Part shown: positions 1 through 14,216 of the stretch, one piece after another
Numbering within the stretch: position 1 is the stretch's first letter
Layout of the letters: every line of letters begins with the position of its first letter
NCBI GenBank assembly: GCA_964057225.1
Contig: OZ059894.1
Coordinates: forward strand, 18,290,001-18,354,000
Direction: 5' to 3'
Origin: Auanema rhodensis
Taxonomy: Eukaryota; Animalia; Nematoda
DNA length: 64,000 bases
Translations under genes and position numbers: made by a program
The notes under the pieces: model-generated
What the model saw: only the letters and a program-made list of their open reading frames with translations
What the model was told of the DNA's origin: nothing
Database searches by the model: none

Positions 1-1232
1 TGGTTACCATGCACCAATATCGATAAAAATTTGTTTTTAGACTAATATGGACATGGGGAATCTAATTTTGAAAACCGCATCTCTTTATCTTTTACGGAAA
101 TCGAGTTGCATACCATGTGCACATCACCTGTACATTTGATTAGCATAAATTAAAGTTCACGTAAATTTCAAAGTCATGGTTACCATGCACCAATATCAAT
201 TAAAATTTGTTTTTAGTCTAATATGGCCATGCGGAATGTAATTATAAAAACCGCATCTCTTTATCTTTCACGGAGAGCGAGTTACATACCATGTGCACAT
301 CACTTGTACATTTAATTAGCATAAATTAAAGTTCACGTAAATTTCAAAGTCATGGTTACCATGCACCAGTATCAATGAAAATTTGTTTTTGGACTAATAT
401 GGCCATAGGGAATCTAATTTTCAAAACCCCATCTTTTTATCTATTACGGAAAGCGAGTTACATACCATGTGCCCATCACGTGTACATTTAATTAGCATAA
501 ATTAAAGTTCACTTAAATTTCAAAGTCATGGTTACCATGCGCCTATATCAATAAAAATTTGTTTTTGGACTAATATGGCCATGGGGAATCTAATTTTGAA
601 AACCGCATCTCTTTATCTTTTACGGAAAGCGAGTTGCATACCATGTGCACATCACGTGTACATTTAATTAGCATAAATTAAAGTTCACGTAAATTTCAAA
701 GTCATGGTTACCTTGCACCAGTATCAATGAAAATTTGTTTTCGGACTAATATGGCCATGGGGAAACTAATTTTAAAAACCGCATCTCTTTATCTTTTACG
801 GAAAGCGAGTTACATACCATGTGTAAATCACGTGTACATTTAATTAGCACAAATTAAAGTTCACGTAAATTTCAAAGTCATGGTTACCATGCACCAGTAT
901 AAATGAAAATTTGTTTTTGGACTAATATGGCCATAGGGAATCTAATTATGAAAACCGCATCTCTTTATCTTTCACGGAAAGAGAGTTACATATCATGTGC
1001 ACATCACGTGTACATTTAATTAGCATAAATTAAAGTTCACGTAAATTTCAAAGTCATGGTTACCATGCACCAGTATCAATAAAAATTTGTTTTTGGACTA
1101 ATATGGCCATGGGGAATCTAATTTTGAAAACCGCATCTCTTTATCTTTTACGGAGAGCGAGTTGCATACCATGTGCACATCACGTGTACATTTAATTAGC
1201 ATAAATTAAAGTTCACGTAAATTTCAAAGTCA

Positions 1233-4200
1233 TGGTTACCATGCACCAATATCAATAAAAATTTGTTTTTGGACTAATATGGCCATGGGGAATCTAATTT
1301 TGAAAACCGCATCTCTTTATCTTTTACGGAAAGCGAGTTGCATACCATGTGCACATCACGTGTACATTTGATTAGCATAAATTAAAGTTCACATAAATTT
1401 CAAAGTCATGGTTACCATGCACCAATATCAATAAAAATTTGTTTTAAGACTAATATGGACATGGGGAATCTAATTTTGAAAACCGCATCTCTTTATCTTT
1501 TACGGAAAGCGAGTTGCATACCATGTGCACATCACCTGTACATTTGATTAGCATAAATTAAAATTCACGTAAATTTCAAAGTCATGGTTATCATGCACCA
1601 ATATCAATAAAAATTTGTTTTAAGACTAATATGGACATGGGGAATCTAATTTCGAAAACCGCATCTTTTTATCTTTCACGTGAAGCGAGTTACATACCAT
1701 GTGCACATCACGTGTACATTTAATTAGCATAAATTAAAGTTCACGTAAATTTCAAAGTCATGGTTACCATGCACCAATATCAATAAAAATTTGTTTTTAG
1801 TCTAATATGGAAATGGGGAATCTAATTTTGAAAACCGCATCTCTTTATCTTTTACGGGAAGCGAGTTACATACCATGTGCACATCACGTGTACATTTAAT
1901 TAGCATAAATTAAAGTTCACGTAAATTTCAAAGTCATGGTTACCATGCACCAATATCGATAAAAATTTGTTTTTAGTCTAATATGGAAATGGGGAATCTA
2001 ATTTTGAAAACCGCATCTCTTTATCTTTTACGGGAAGCGAGTTACATACCATGTGCACATCACGTGTACATTTAATTAGCATAAATTAAAGTTCACGTAA
2101 ATTTCAAAGTCATGGTTACCATGCACCAATATCGATAAAAATTTGTTTTTAGACTAATATGGACATGGGGAATCTAATTTTAAAAACCGCATCTCTTTAT
2201 CTTTCACGGGAAGCGAGTTACATATCATGTGCACATCACGTGTACATTTAATTAGCATAAATTAAAGTTCACGTAAATTTCAAAGTCATGGTTACCTTGC
2301 ACCAGTATCAATGAAAATTTGTTTTCGGACTAATATGGCCATGGGGAAACTAATTTTAAAAACCGCATCTCTTTATCTTTTACGGAAAGCGAGTTACATA
2401 CCATGTGTAAATCACGTGTACATTTAATTAGCACAAATTAAAGTTCACGTAAATTTCAAAGTCATGGTTACCATGCACCAGTATAAATGAAAATTTGTTT
2501 TTGGACTAATATGGCCATAGGGAATCTAATTATGAAAACCGCATCTCTTTATCTTTCACGGAAAGAGAGTTACATATCATGTGCACATCACGTGTACATT
2601 TAATTAGCAAAAATTAAAGTTCACGTAAATTTCAAAGTCATGGTTACCATGCACCAGTATCAATAAAAATTTGTTTTTGGACTAATATGGCCATGGGGAA
2701 TCTAATTTTGAAAACCGCATCTCTTTATCTTTTACGGAAAGCGAGTTGCATACCATGTGCACATCACCTGTACATTTGATTAGCATAAATTAAAATTCAC
2801 GTAAATTTCAAAGTCATGGTTATCATGCACCAATATCAATAAAAATTTGTTTTAAGACTAATATGGACATGGGGAATCTAATTTTGAAAACTGCATCTTT
2901 TTATCTTTGACGTGAAGCGAGTTACATACCATGTGCACATCACGTGTACATTTAATTAGCATAAATTAAAGTTCACGTAAATTTCAAAGTCATGGTTACC
3001 ATGCACCAATATCAATAAAAATTTGTTTTTAGTCTAATATGGCCATGCGGAATGTAATTATAAAAACCGCATCTCTTTATCTTTCACGGAGAGCGAGTTA
3101 CATACCATGTGCACATCACGTGTACATTTAATTAGCATAAATTAAAGTTCACGTAAATTTCAAAGTCATGGTTACCATGCACCAGTATCAATGAAAATTT
3201 GTTTTTGGACTAATATGGCCATAGGGAATCTAATTTTGAAAACGGCATCTCTTCATCTTTGAGTTACATACCATGTGTACATCACGTGTACATTTAATTA
3301 GCATAAATTAAAGTTCACGTAATTTTCAAAGTCATGGTTACCATGCACCAATATCGATAAAAATTTGTTTTTAGACTAATATGGACATGGGGAATCTAAT
3401 TTTGAAAACCGCATCTCTTTATCTTTTACGGAAATCGAGTTGCATACCATGTGCACATCACCTGTACATTTGATTAGCATAAATTAAAGTTCACGTAAAT
3501 TTCAAAGTCATGGTTACCATGCACCAATATCAATTAAAATTTGTTTTTAGTCTAATATGGCCATGCGGAATGTAATTATAAAAACCGCATCTCTTTATCT
3601 TTCACGGAGAGCGAGTTACATACCATGTGCACATCACTTGTACATTTAATTAGCATAAATTAAAGTTCACGTAAATTTCAAAGTCATGGTTACCATGCAC
3701 CAGTATCAATGAAAATTTGTTTTTGGACTAATATGGCCATAGGGAATCTAATTTTCAAAACCCCATCTTTTTATCTATTACGGAAAGCGAGTTACATACC
3801 ATGTGCCCATCACGTGTACATTTAATTAGCATAAATTAAAGTTCACTTAAATTTCAAAGTCATGGTTACCATGCGCCTATATCAATAAAAATTTGTTTTT
3901 GGACTAATATGGCCATGGGGAATCTAATTTTGAAAACCGCATCTCTTTATCTTTTACGGAAAGCGAGTTGCATACCATGTGCACATCACCTGTACATTTG
4001 ATTAGCATAAATTAAAATTCACGTAAATTTCAAAGTCATGGTTATCATGCACCAATATCAATAAAAATTTGTTTTAAGACTAATATGGACATGGGGAATC
4101 TAATTTTGAAAACTGCATCTTTTTATCTTTCACGTGAAGCGAGTTACATACCATGTGCACATCACGTGTACATTTAATTAGCATAAATTAAAGTTCACGT

Positions 4201-6326
4201 AAATTTCAAAGTCATGGTTACCATGCACCAACATCAATAAAAATTTGTTTTTAGTCTAATATGGCCATGCGGAATGTAATTATAAAAACTGCATCTTTTT
4301 ATCTTTGACGTGAAGCGAGTTACATACCATGTGCACATCACGTGTACATTTAATTAGCATAAATTAAAGTTCACGTAAATTTCAAAGTCATGGTTACCAT
4401 GCACCAATATCAATAAAAATTTGTTTTTGGACTAATATGGCCATGGGGAATCTAATTTTGAAAACCGCATCTCTTTATCTTTTACGGAAAGCGAGTTGCA
4501 TACCATGTGCACATCACGTGTACATTTGATTAGCATAAATTAAAGTTCACATAAATTTCAAAGTCATGGTTACCATGCACCAATATCAATAAAAATTTGT
4601 TTTAAGACTAATATGGACATGGGGAATCTAATTTTGAAAACCGCATCTCTTTATCTTTTACGGAAAGCGAGTTGCATACCATGTGCACATCACCTGTACA
4701 TTTGATTAGCATAAATTAAAATTCACGTAAATTTCAAAGTCATGGTTATCATGCACCAATATCAATAAAAATTTGTTTTAAGACTAATATGGACATGGGG
4801 AATCTAATTTTGAAAACCGCATCTTTTTATCTTTCACGTGAAGCGAGTTACATACCATGTGCACATCACGTGTACATTTAATTAGCATAAATTAAAGTTC
4901 ACGTAAATTTCAAAGTCATGGTTACCATGCACCAATATCAATAAAAATTTGTTTTTAGTCTAATATGGAAATGGGGAATCTAATTTTGAAAACCGCATCT
5001 CTTTATCTTTTACGGGAAGCGAGTTACATACCATGTGCACATCACGTGTACATTTAATTAGCATAAATTAAAGTTCACGTAAATTTCAAAGTCATGGTTA
5101 CCATGCACCAATATCGATAAAAATTTGTTTTTAGTCTAATATGGAAATGGGGAATCTAATTTTGAAAACCGCATCTCTTTATCTTTTACGGGAAGCGAGT
5201 TACATACCATGTGCACATCACGTGTACATTTAATTAGCATAAATTAAAGTTCACGTAAATTTCAAAGTCATGGTTACCATGCACCAATATCGATAAAAAT
5301 TTGTTTTTAGACTAATATGGACATGGGGAATCTAATTTTAAAAACCGCATCTCTTTATCTTTCACGGGAAGCGAGTTACATATCATGTGCACATCACGTG
5401 TACATTTAATTAGCATAAATTAAAGTTCACGTAAATTTCAAAGTCATGGTTACCTTGCACCAGTATCAATGAAAATTTGTTTTCGGACTAATATGGCCAT
5501 GGGGAAACTAATTTTAAAAACCGCATCTCTTTATCTTTTACGGAAAGCGAGTTACATACCATGTGTAAATCACGTGTACATTTAATTAGCACAAATTAAA
5601 GTTCACGTAAATTTCAAAGTCATGGTTACCATGCACCAGTATAAATGAAAATTTGTTTTTGGACTAATATGGCCATAGGGAATCTAATTATGAAAACCGC
5701 ATCTCTTTATCTTTCACGGAAAGAGAGTTACATATCATGTGCACATCACGTGTACATTTAATTAGCAAAAATTAAAGTTCACGTAAATTTCAAAGTCATG
5801 GTTACCATGCACCAGTATCAATAAAAATTTGTTTTTGGACTAATATGGCCATGGGGAATCTAATTTTGAAAACCGCATCTCTTTATCTTTTACGGAAAGC
5901 GAGTTGCATACCATGTGCACATCACCTGTACATTTGATTAGCATAAATTAAAATTCACGTAAATTTCAAAGTCATGGTTATCATGCACCAATATCAATAA
6001 AAATTTGTTTTAAGACTAATATGGACATGGGGAATCTAATTTTGAAAACTGCATCTTTTTATCTTTGACGTGAAGCGAGTTACATACCATGTGCACATCA
6101 CGTGTACATTTAATTAGCATAAATTAAAGTTCACGTAAATTTCAAAGTCATGGTTACCATGCACCAATATCAATAAAAATTTGTTTTTAGTCTAATATGG
6201 CCATGCGGAATGTAATTATAAAAACCGCATCTCTTTATCTTTCACGGAGAGCGAGTTACATACCATGTGCACATCACGTGTACATTTAATTAGCATAAAT
6301 TAAAGTTCACGTAAATTTCAAAGTCA
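1233..6326. repeat. Block duplication, offset 3158 bp (18 monomers): 1233-3168 repeated at 4391-6326
   Basis: Same 11-monomer type order in both blocks. Marker ATTAGCAAAA at 2603 and 5761; ATCTTTGACG present in both blocks. Confidence 0.85.
3169..3334. repeat. 166-bp short monomer variant (type S; 10-bp deletion), first of 19 copies
   Basis: AAACGGCATCTCTTCATCTTT|GAGTTAC lacks YACGGAAAGC. Copies start at 3169, 6503, 9837, 12115, 15977, 18607, 20005, 21051, 25265, 26663, 27709, 31745, 38247, 40349, 46147, 50361, 53331, 55961 and 62639. Confidence 0.97.
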
Positions 6327-9300
6327 TGGTTACCATGCACCAGTATCAATGAAAATTTGTTTTTGGACTAATATGGCCATAGGGAATCTAATTTTCAAAA
6401 CCCCATCTTTTTATCTATTACGGAAAGCGAGTTACATACCATGTGCCCATCACGTGTACATTTAATTAGCATAAATTAAAGTTCACGTAAATTTCAAAGT
6501 CATGGTTACCATGCACCAGTATCAATGAAAATTTGTTTTTGGACTAATATGGCCATAGGGAATCTAATTTTGAAAACGGCATCTCTTCATCTTTGAGTTA
6601 CATACCATGTGTACATCACGTGTACATTTAATTAGCATAAATTAAAGTTCACGTAATTTTCAAAGTCATGGTTACCATGCACCAATATCGATAAAAATTT
6701 GTTTTTAGACTAATATGGACATGGGGAATCTAATTTTGAAAACCGCATCTCTTTATCTTTTACGGAAATCGAGTTGCATACCATGTGCACATCACCTGTA
6801 CATTTGATTAGCATAAATTAAAGTTCACGTAAATTTCAAAGTCATGGTTACCATGCACCAATATCAATTAAAATTTGTTTTTAGTCTAATATGGCCATGC
6901 GGAATGTAATTATAAAAACCGCATCTCTTTATCTTTCACGGAGAGCGAGTTACATACCATGTGCACATCACTTGTACATTTAATTAGCATAAATTAAAGT
7001 TCACGTAAATTTCAAAGTCATGGTTACCATGCACCAGTATCAATGAAAATTTGTTTTTGGACTAATATGGCCATAGGGAATCTAATTTTCAAAACCCCAT
7101 CTTTTTATCTATTACGGAAAGCGAGTTACATACCATGTGCCCATCACGTGTACATTTAATTAGCATAAATTAAAGTTCACTTAAATTTCAAAGTCATGGT
7201 TACCATGCGCCTATATCAATAAAAATTTGTTTTTGGACTAATATGGCCATGGGGAATCTAATTTTGAAAACCGCATCTCTTTATCTTTTACGGAAAGCGA
7301 GTTGCATACCATGTGCACATCACCTGTACATTTGATTAGCATAAATTAAAATTCACGTAAATTTCAAAGTCATGGTTATCATGCACCAATATCAATAAAA
7401 ATTTGTTTTAAGACTAATATGGACATGGGGAATCTAATTTTGAAAACTGCATCTTTTTATCTTTCACGTGAAGCGAGTTACATACCATGTGCACATCACG
7501 TGTACATTTAATTAGCATAAATTAAAGTTCACGTAAATTTCAAAGTCATGGTTACCATGCACCAACATCAATAAAAATTTGTTTTTAGTCTAATATGGCC
7601 ATGCGGAATGTAATTATAAAAACCGCATCTCTTTATCTTTCACGGAGAGCGAGTTACATACCATGTGCACATCACGTGTACATTTAATTAGCATAAATTA
7701 AAGTTCACGTAAATTTCAAAGTCATGGTTACCATGCACCAGTATCAATGAAAATTTGTTTTTGGACTAATATGGACATGGGGAATCTAATTTTGAAAACC
7801 GCATCTCTTTATCTTTCACGGGAAGCGAGTTACATATCATGTGCACATCACGTGTACATTTAATTAGCATAAATTAAAGTTCACGTAAATTTCAAAGTCA
7901 TGGTTACCTTGCACCAGTATCAATGAAAATTTGTTTTCGGACTAATATGGCCATGGGGAAACTAATTTTAAAAACCGCATCTCTTTATCTTTTACGGAAA
8001 GCGAGTTACATACCATGTGTAAATCACGTGTACATTTAATTAGCACAAATTAAAGTTCACGTAAATTTCAAAGTCATGGTTACCATGCACCAGTATAAAT
8101 GAAAATTTGTTTTTGGACTAATATGGCCATAGGGAATCTAATTATGAAAACCGCATCTCTTTATCTTTCACGGAAAGAGAGTTACATATCATGTGCACAT
8201 CACGTGTACATTTAATTAGCATAAATTAAAGTTCACGTAAATTTCAAAGTCATGGTTACCATGCACCAATATCAATAAAAATTTGTTTTTAGTCTAATAT
8301 GGAAATGGGGAATCTAATTTTGAAAACCGCATCTCTTTATCTTTTACGGGAAGCGAGTTACATACCATGTGCACATCACGTGTACATTTAATTAGCATAA
8401 ATTAAAGTTCACGTAAATTTCAAAGTCATGGTTACCATGCACCAATATCGATAAAAATTTGTTTTTAGTCTAATATGGAAATGGGGAATCTAATTTTGAA
8501 AACCGCATCTCTTTATCTTTTACGGGAAGCGAGTTACATACCATGTGCACATCACGTGTACATTTAATTAGCATAAATTAAAGTTCACGTAAATTTCAAA
8601 GTCATGGTTACCATGCACCAATATCGATAAAAATTTGTTTTTAGACTAATATGGACATGGGGAATCTAATTTTAAAAACCGCATCTCTTTATCTTTCACG
8701 GGAAGCGAGTTACATATCATGTGCACATCACGTGTACATTTAATTAGCATAAATTAAAGTTCACGTAAATTTCAAAGTCATGGTTACCTTGCACCAGTAT
8801 CAATGAAAATTTGTTTTCGGACTAATATGGCCATGGGGAAACTAATTTTAAAAACCGCATCTCTTTATCTTTTACGGAAAGCGAGTAACATACCATGTGT
8901 AAATCACGTGTACATTTAATTAGCACAAATTAAAGTTCACGTAAATTTCAAAGTCATGGTTACCATGCACCAGTATAAATGAAAATTTGTTTTTGGACTA
9001 ATATGGCCATAGGGAATCTAATTATGAAAACCGCATCTCTTTATCTTTCACGGAAAGAGAGTTACATATCATGTGCACATCACGTGTACATTTAATTAGC
9101 ATAAATTAAAGTTCACGTAAATTTCAAAGTCATGGTTACCATGCACCAGTATCAATAAAAATTTGTTTTTGGACTAATATGGCCATGGGGAATCTAATTT
9201 TGAAAACCGCATCTCTTTATCTTTTACGGAAAGCGAGTTGCATACCATGTGCACATCACCTGTACATTTGATTAGCATAAATTAAAATTCACGTAAATTT

Positions 9301-9660
9301 CAAAGTCATGGTTATCATGCACCAATATCAATAAAAATTTGTTTTAAGACTAATATGGACATGGGGAATCTAATTTTGAAAACTGCATCTTTTTATCTTT
9401 CACGTGAAGCGAGTTACATACCATGTGCACATCACGTGTACATTTAATTAGCATAAATTAAAGTTCACGTAAATTTCAAAGTCATGGTTACCATGCACCA
9501 ATATCAATAAAAATTTGTTTTTAGTCTAATATGGCCATGCGGAATGTAATTATAAAAACCGCATCTCTTTATCTTTCACGGAGAGCGAGTTACATACCAT
9601 GTGCACATCACGTGTACATTTAATTAGCATAAATTAAAGTTCACGTAAATTTCAAAGTCA

Positions 9661-12600
9661 TGGTTACCATGCACCAGTATCAATGAAAATTTGTTTTTGG
9701 ACTAATATGGCCATAGGGAATCTAATTTTCAAAACCCCATCTTTTTATCTATTACGGAAAGCGAGTTACATACCATGTGCCCATCACGTGTACATTTAAT
9801 TAGCATAAATTAAAGTTCACGTAAATTTCAAAGTCATGGTTACCATGCACCAGTATCAATGAAAATTTGTTTTTGGACTAATATGGCCATAGGGAATCTA
9901 ATTTTGAAAACGGCATCTCTTCATCTTTGAGTTACATACCATGTGCACATCACGTGTACATTTAATTAGCATAAATTAAAGTTCACGTAATTTTCAAAGT
10001 CATGGTTACCATGCACCAATATCGATAAAAATTTGTTTTTAGACTAATATGGACATGGGGAATCTAATTTTGAAAACTGCATCTCTTTATCTTTTACGGA
10101 AATCGAGTTGCATACCATGTGCACATCACCTGTACATTTGATTAGCATAAATTAAAGTTCACGTAAATTTCAAAGTCATGGTTACCATGCACCAATATCA
10201 ATTAAAATTTGTTTTTAGTCTAATATGGCCATGCGGAATGTAATTATAAAAACCGCATCTCTTTATCTTTCACGGAGAGCGAGTTACATACCATGTGCAC
10301 ATCACTTGTACATTTAATTAGCATAAATTAAAGTTCACGTAAATTTCAAAGTCATGGTTACCATGCACCAGTATCAATGAAAATTTGTTTTTGGACTAAT
10401 ATGGCCATAGGGAATCTAATTTTCAAAACCCCATCTTTTTATCTATTACGGAAAGCGAGTTACATACCATGTGCCCATCACGTGTACATTTAATTAGCAT
10501 AAATTAAAGTTCACTTAAATTTCAAAGTCATGGTTACCATGCGCCTATATCAATAAAAATTTGTTTTTGGACTAATATGGCCATGGGGAATCTAATTTTG
10601 AAAACCGCATCTCTTTATCTTTTACGGAAAGCGAGTTGCATACCATGTGCACATCACCTGTACATTTGATTAGCATAAATTAAAATTTACGTAAATTTCA
10701 AAGTCATGGTTATCATGCACCAATATCAATAAAAATTTGTTTTAAGACTAATATGGACATGGGGAATCTAATTTTGAAAACTGCATCTTTTTATCTTTCA
10801 CGTGAAGCGAGTTACATACCATGTGCACATCACGTGTACATTTAATTAGCATAAATTAAAGTTCACGTAAATTTCAAAGTCATGGTTACCATGCACCAAC
10901 ATCAATAAAAATTTGTTTTTAGTCTAATATGGCCATGCGGAATGTAATTATAAAAACCGCATCTCTTTATCTTTCACGGAGAGCGAGTTACATACCATGT
11001 GCACATCACGTGTACATTTAATTAGCATAAATTAAAGTTCACGTAAATTTCAAAGTCATGGTTACCATGCACCAGTATCAATGAAAATTCGTTTTTGGAC
11101 TAATATGGACATGGGGAATCTAATTTTGAAAACCGCATCTCTTTATCTTTCACGGGAAGCGAGTTACATATCATGTGCACATCACGTGTACATTCAATTA
11201 GCATAAATTAAAGTTCACGTAAATTTCAAAGTCATGGTTACCTTGCACCAGTATCAATGAAAATTTGTTTTCGGACTAATATGGCCATGGGGAAACTAAT
11301 TTTAAAAACCGCATCTCTTTATCTTTTACGGAAAGCGAGTTACATACCATGTGTAAATCACGTGTACATTTAATTAGCACAAATTAAAGTTCACGTAAAT
11401 TTCAAAGTCATGGTTACCATGCACCAGTATAAATGAAAATTTGTTTTTGGACTAATATGGCGATAGGGAATCTAATTATGAAAACCGCATCTCTTTATCT
11501 TTCACGGAAAGAGAGTTACATATCATGTGCACATCACCTGTACATTTAATTAGCATAAATTAAAGTTCACGTAAATTTCAAAGTCATGGTTACCATGCAC
11601 CAGTATCGATGAAAATTTGTTTTTGGACTAATATGGCCATGGGGAATCTAATTTTGAAAACCGCATCTCTTTATCTTTTACGGAAAGCGAGTTGCATACC
11701 ATGTGCACATCACGTGTACATTTGATTAGCATAAATTAAAGTTCACATAAATTTCAAAGTCATGGTTACCATGCACCAATATCAATAAAAATTTGTTTTA
11801 AGACTAATATGGACATGGGGAATCTAATTTTCAAAACCCCATCTTTTTATCTATTACGGAAAGCGAGTTACATACCATGTGCCCATCACGTGTACATTTA
11901 ATTAGCATAAATTAAAGTTCACGTAAATTTCAAAGTCATGGTTACCATGCACCAGTATCAATGAAAATTTGTTTTTGGACTAATATGGCCATAGGGAATC
12001 TAATTTTCAAAACCCCATCTTTTTATCTATTACGGAAAGCGAGTTACATACCATGTGCCCATCACGTGTACATTTAATTAGCATAAATTAAAGTTCACGT
12101 AAATTTCAAAGTCATGGTTACCATGCACCAGTATCAATGAAAATTTGTTTTTGGACTAATATGGCCATAGGGAATCTAATTTTGAAAACGGCATCTCTTC
12201 ATCTTTGAGTTACATACCATGTGCACATCACGTGTACATTTAATTAGCATAAATTAAAGTTCACGTAATTTTCAAAGTCATGGTTACCATGCACCAATAT
12301 CGATAAAAATTTGTTTTTAGACTAATATGGACATGGGGAATCTAATTTTGAAAACCGCATCTCTTTATCTTTTACGGAAATCGAGTTGCATACCATGTGC
12401 ACATCACCTGTACATTTGATTAGCATAAATTAAAGTTCACGTAAATTTCAAAGTCATGGTTACCATGCACCAATATCAATTAAAATTTGTTTTTAGTCTA
12501 ATATGGCCATGCGGAATGTAATTATAAAAACCGCATCTCTTTATCTTTCACGGAGAGCGAGTTACATACCATGTGCACATCACTTGTACATTTAATTAGC

Positions 12601-13880
12601 ATAAATTAAAGTTCACGTAAATTTCAAAGTCATGGTTACCATGCACCAGTATCAATGAAAATTTGTTTTTGGACTAATATGGCCATAGGGAATCTAATTT
12701 TCAAAACCCCATCTTTTTATCTATTACGGAAAGCGAGTTACATACCATGTGCCCATCACGTGTACATTTAATTAGCATAAATTAAAGTTCACTTAAATTT
12801 CAAAGTCATGGTTACCATGCGCCTATATCAATGAAAATTTGTTTTTGGACTAATATGGCCATGGGGAATCTAATTTTGAAAACCGCATCTCTTTATCTTT
12901 TACGGAAAGCGAGTTGCATACCATGTGCACATCACCTGTACATTTGATTAGCATAAATTAAAATTTACGTAAATTTCAAAGTCATGGTTATCATGCACCA
13001 ATATCAATAAAAATTTGTTTTAAGACTAATATGGACATGGGGAATCTAATTTTGAAAACTGCATCTTTTTATCTTTCACGTGAAGCGAGTTACATACCAT
13101 GTGCACATCACGTGTACATTTAATTAGCATAAATTAAAGTTCACGTAAATTTCAAAGTCATGGTTACCATGCACCAACATCAATAAAAATTTGTTTTTAG
13201 TCTAATATGGCCATGCGGAATGTAATTATAAAAACCGCATCTCTTTATCTTTCACGGAGAGCGAGTTACATACCATGTGCACATCACGTGTACATTTAAT
13301 TAGCATAAATTAAAGTTCACGTAAATTTCAAAGTCATGGTTACCATGCACCAGTATCAATGAAAATTCGTTTTTGGACTAATATGGACATGGGGAATCTA
13401 ATTTTGAAAACCGCATCTCTTTATCTTTCACGGGAAGCGAGTTACATATCATGTGCACATCACGTGTACATTTAATTAGCATAAATTAAAGTTCACGTAA
13501 ATTTCAAAGTCATGGTTACCTTGCACCAGTATCAATGAAAATTTGTTTTCGGACTAATATGGCCATGGGGAAACTAATTTTAAAAACCGCATCTCTTTAT
13601 CTTTTACGGAAAGCGAGTTACATACCATGTGTAAATCACGTGTACATTTAATTAGCACAAATTAAAGTTCACGTAAATTTCAAAGTCATGGTTACCATGC
13701 ACCAGTATAAATGAAAATTTGTTTTTGGACTAATATGGCGATAGGGAATCTAATTATGAAAACCGCATCTCTTTATCTTTCACGGAAAGAGAGTTACATA
13801 TCATGTGCACATCACCTGTACATTTAATTAGCATAAATTAAAGTTCACGTAAATTTCAAAGTCATGGTTACCATGCACCA
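9661..13880. repeat. Block duplication, offset 2278 bp (13 monomers): ~9661-11600 repeated at ~11939-13880
   Basis: Shared rare SNPs: AAATTTACGT (10683/12961), AAAATTCGTT (~11085/~13363), ATGGCGATAG (~11460/~13738). Both S monomers (9837/12115) carry GTGCAC rather than GTGTAC. Confidence 0.88.
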
Positions 13881-14216
13881 GTATCAATAAAAATTTGTTT
13901 TTGGACTAATATGGCCATGGGGAATCTAATTTTGAAAACCGCATCTCTTTATCTTTTACGGAGAGCGAGTTGCATACCATGTGCACATCACGTGTACATT
14001 TAATTAGCATAAATTAAAGTTCACGTAAATTTCAAAGTCATGGTTACCATGCACCAATATCAATAAAAATTTGTTTTTGGACTAATATGGCCATGGGGAA
14101 TCTAATTTTGAAAACCGCATCTCTTTATCTTTTACGGAAAGCGAGTTGCATACCATGTGCACATCACGTGTACATTTGATTAGCATAAATTAAAGTTCAC
14201 ATAAATTTCAAAGTCA

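Noticed and set aside
1-176. Identity with known satellites of similar length (Brassica CentBr, honeybee AluI, Arabidopsis CEN178, alpha satellite)
   Set aside because: Only the length is similar. The consensus has no AGCT or AAGCTT site and does not resemble those sequences as I recall them. A BLAST search is needed to settle this.
2190-2215. CENP-B box-like motif around TTTCACGGGAA
   Set aside because: Only the CGGG half is present, and only in some variants. The required TTCG-N4-A-N2-CGGG core is absent.
1-10178. Fixed 3334-bp (19-mer) HOR implied by S monomers at 3169, 6503 and 9837
   Set aside because: Internal monomer order differs between the periods (one private marker repeats at 3158 bp instead), so the equal spacing does not reflect a regular HOR.
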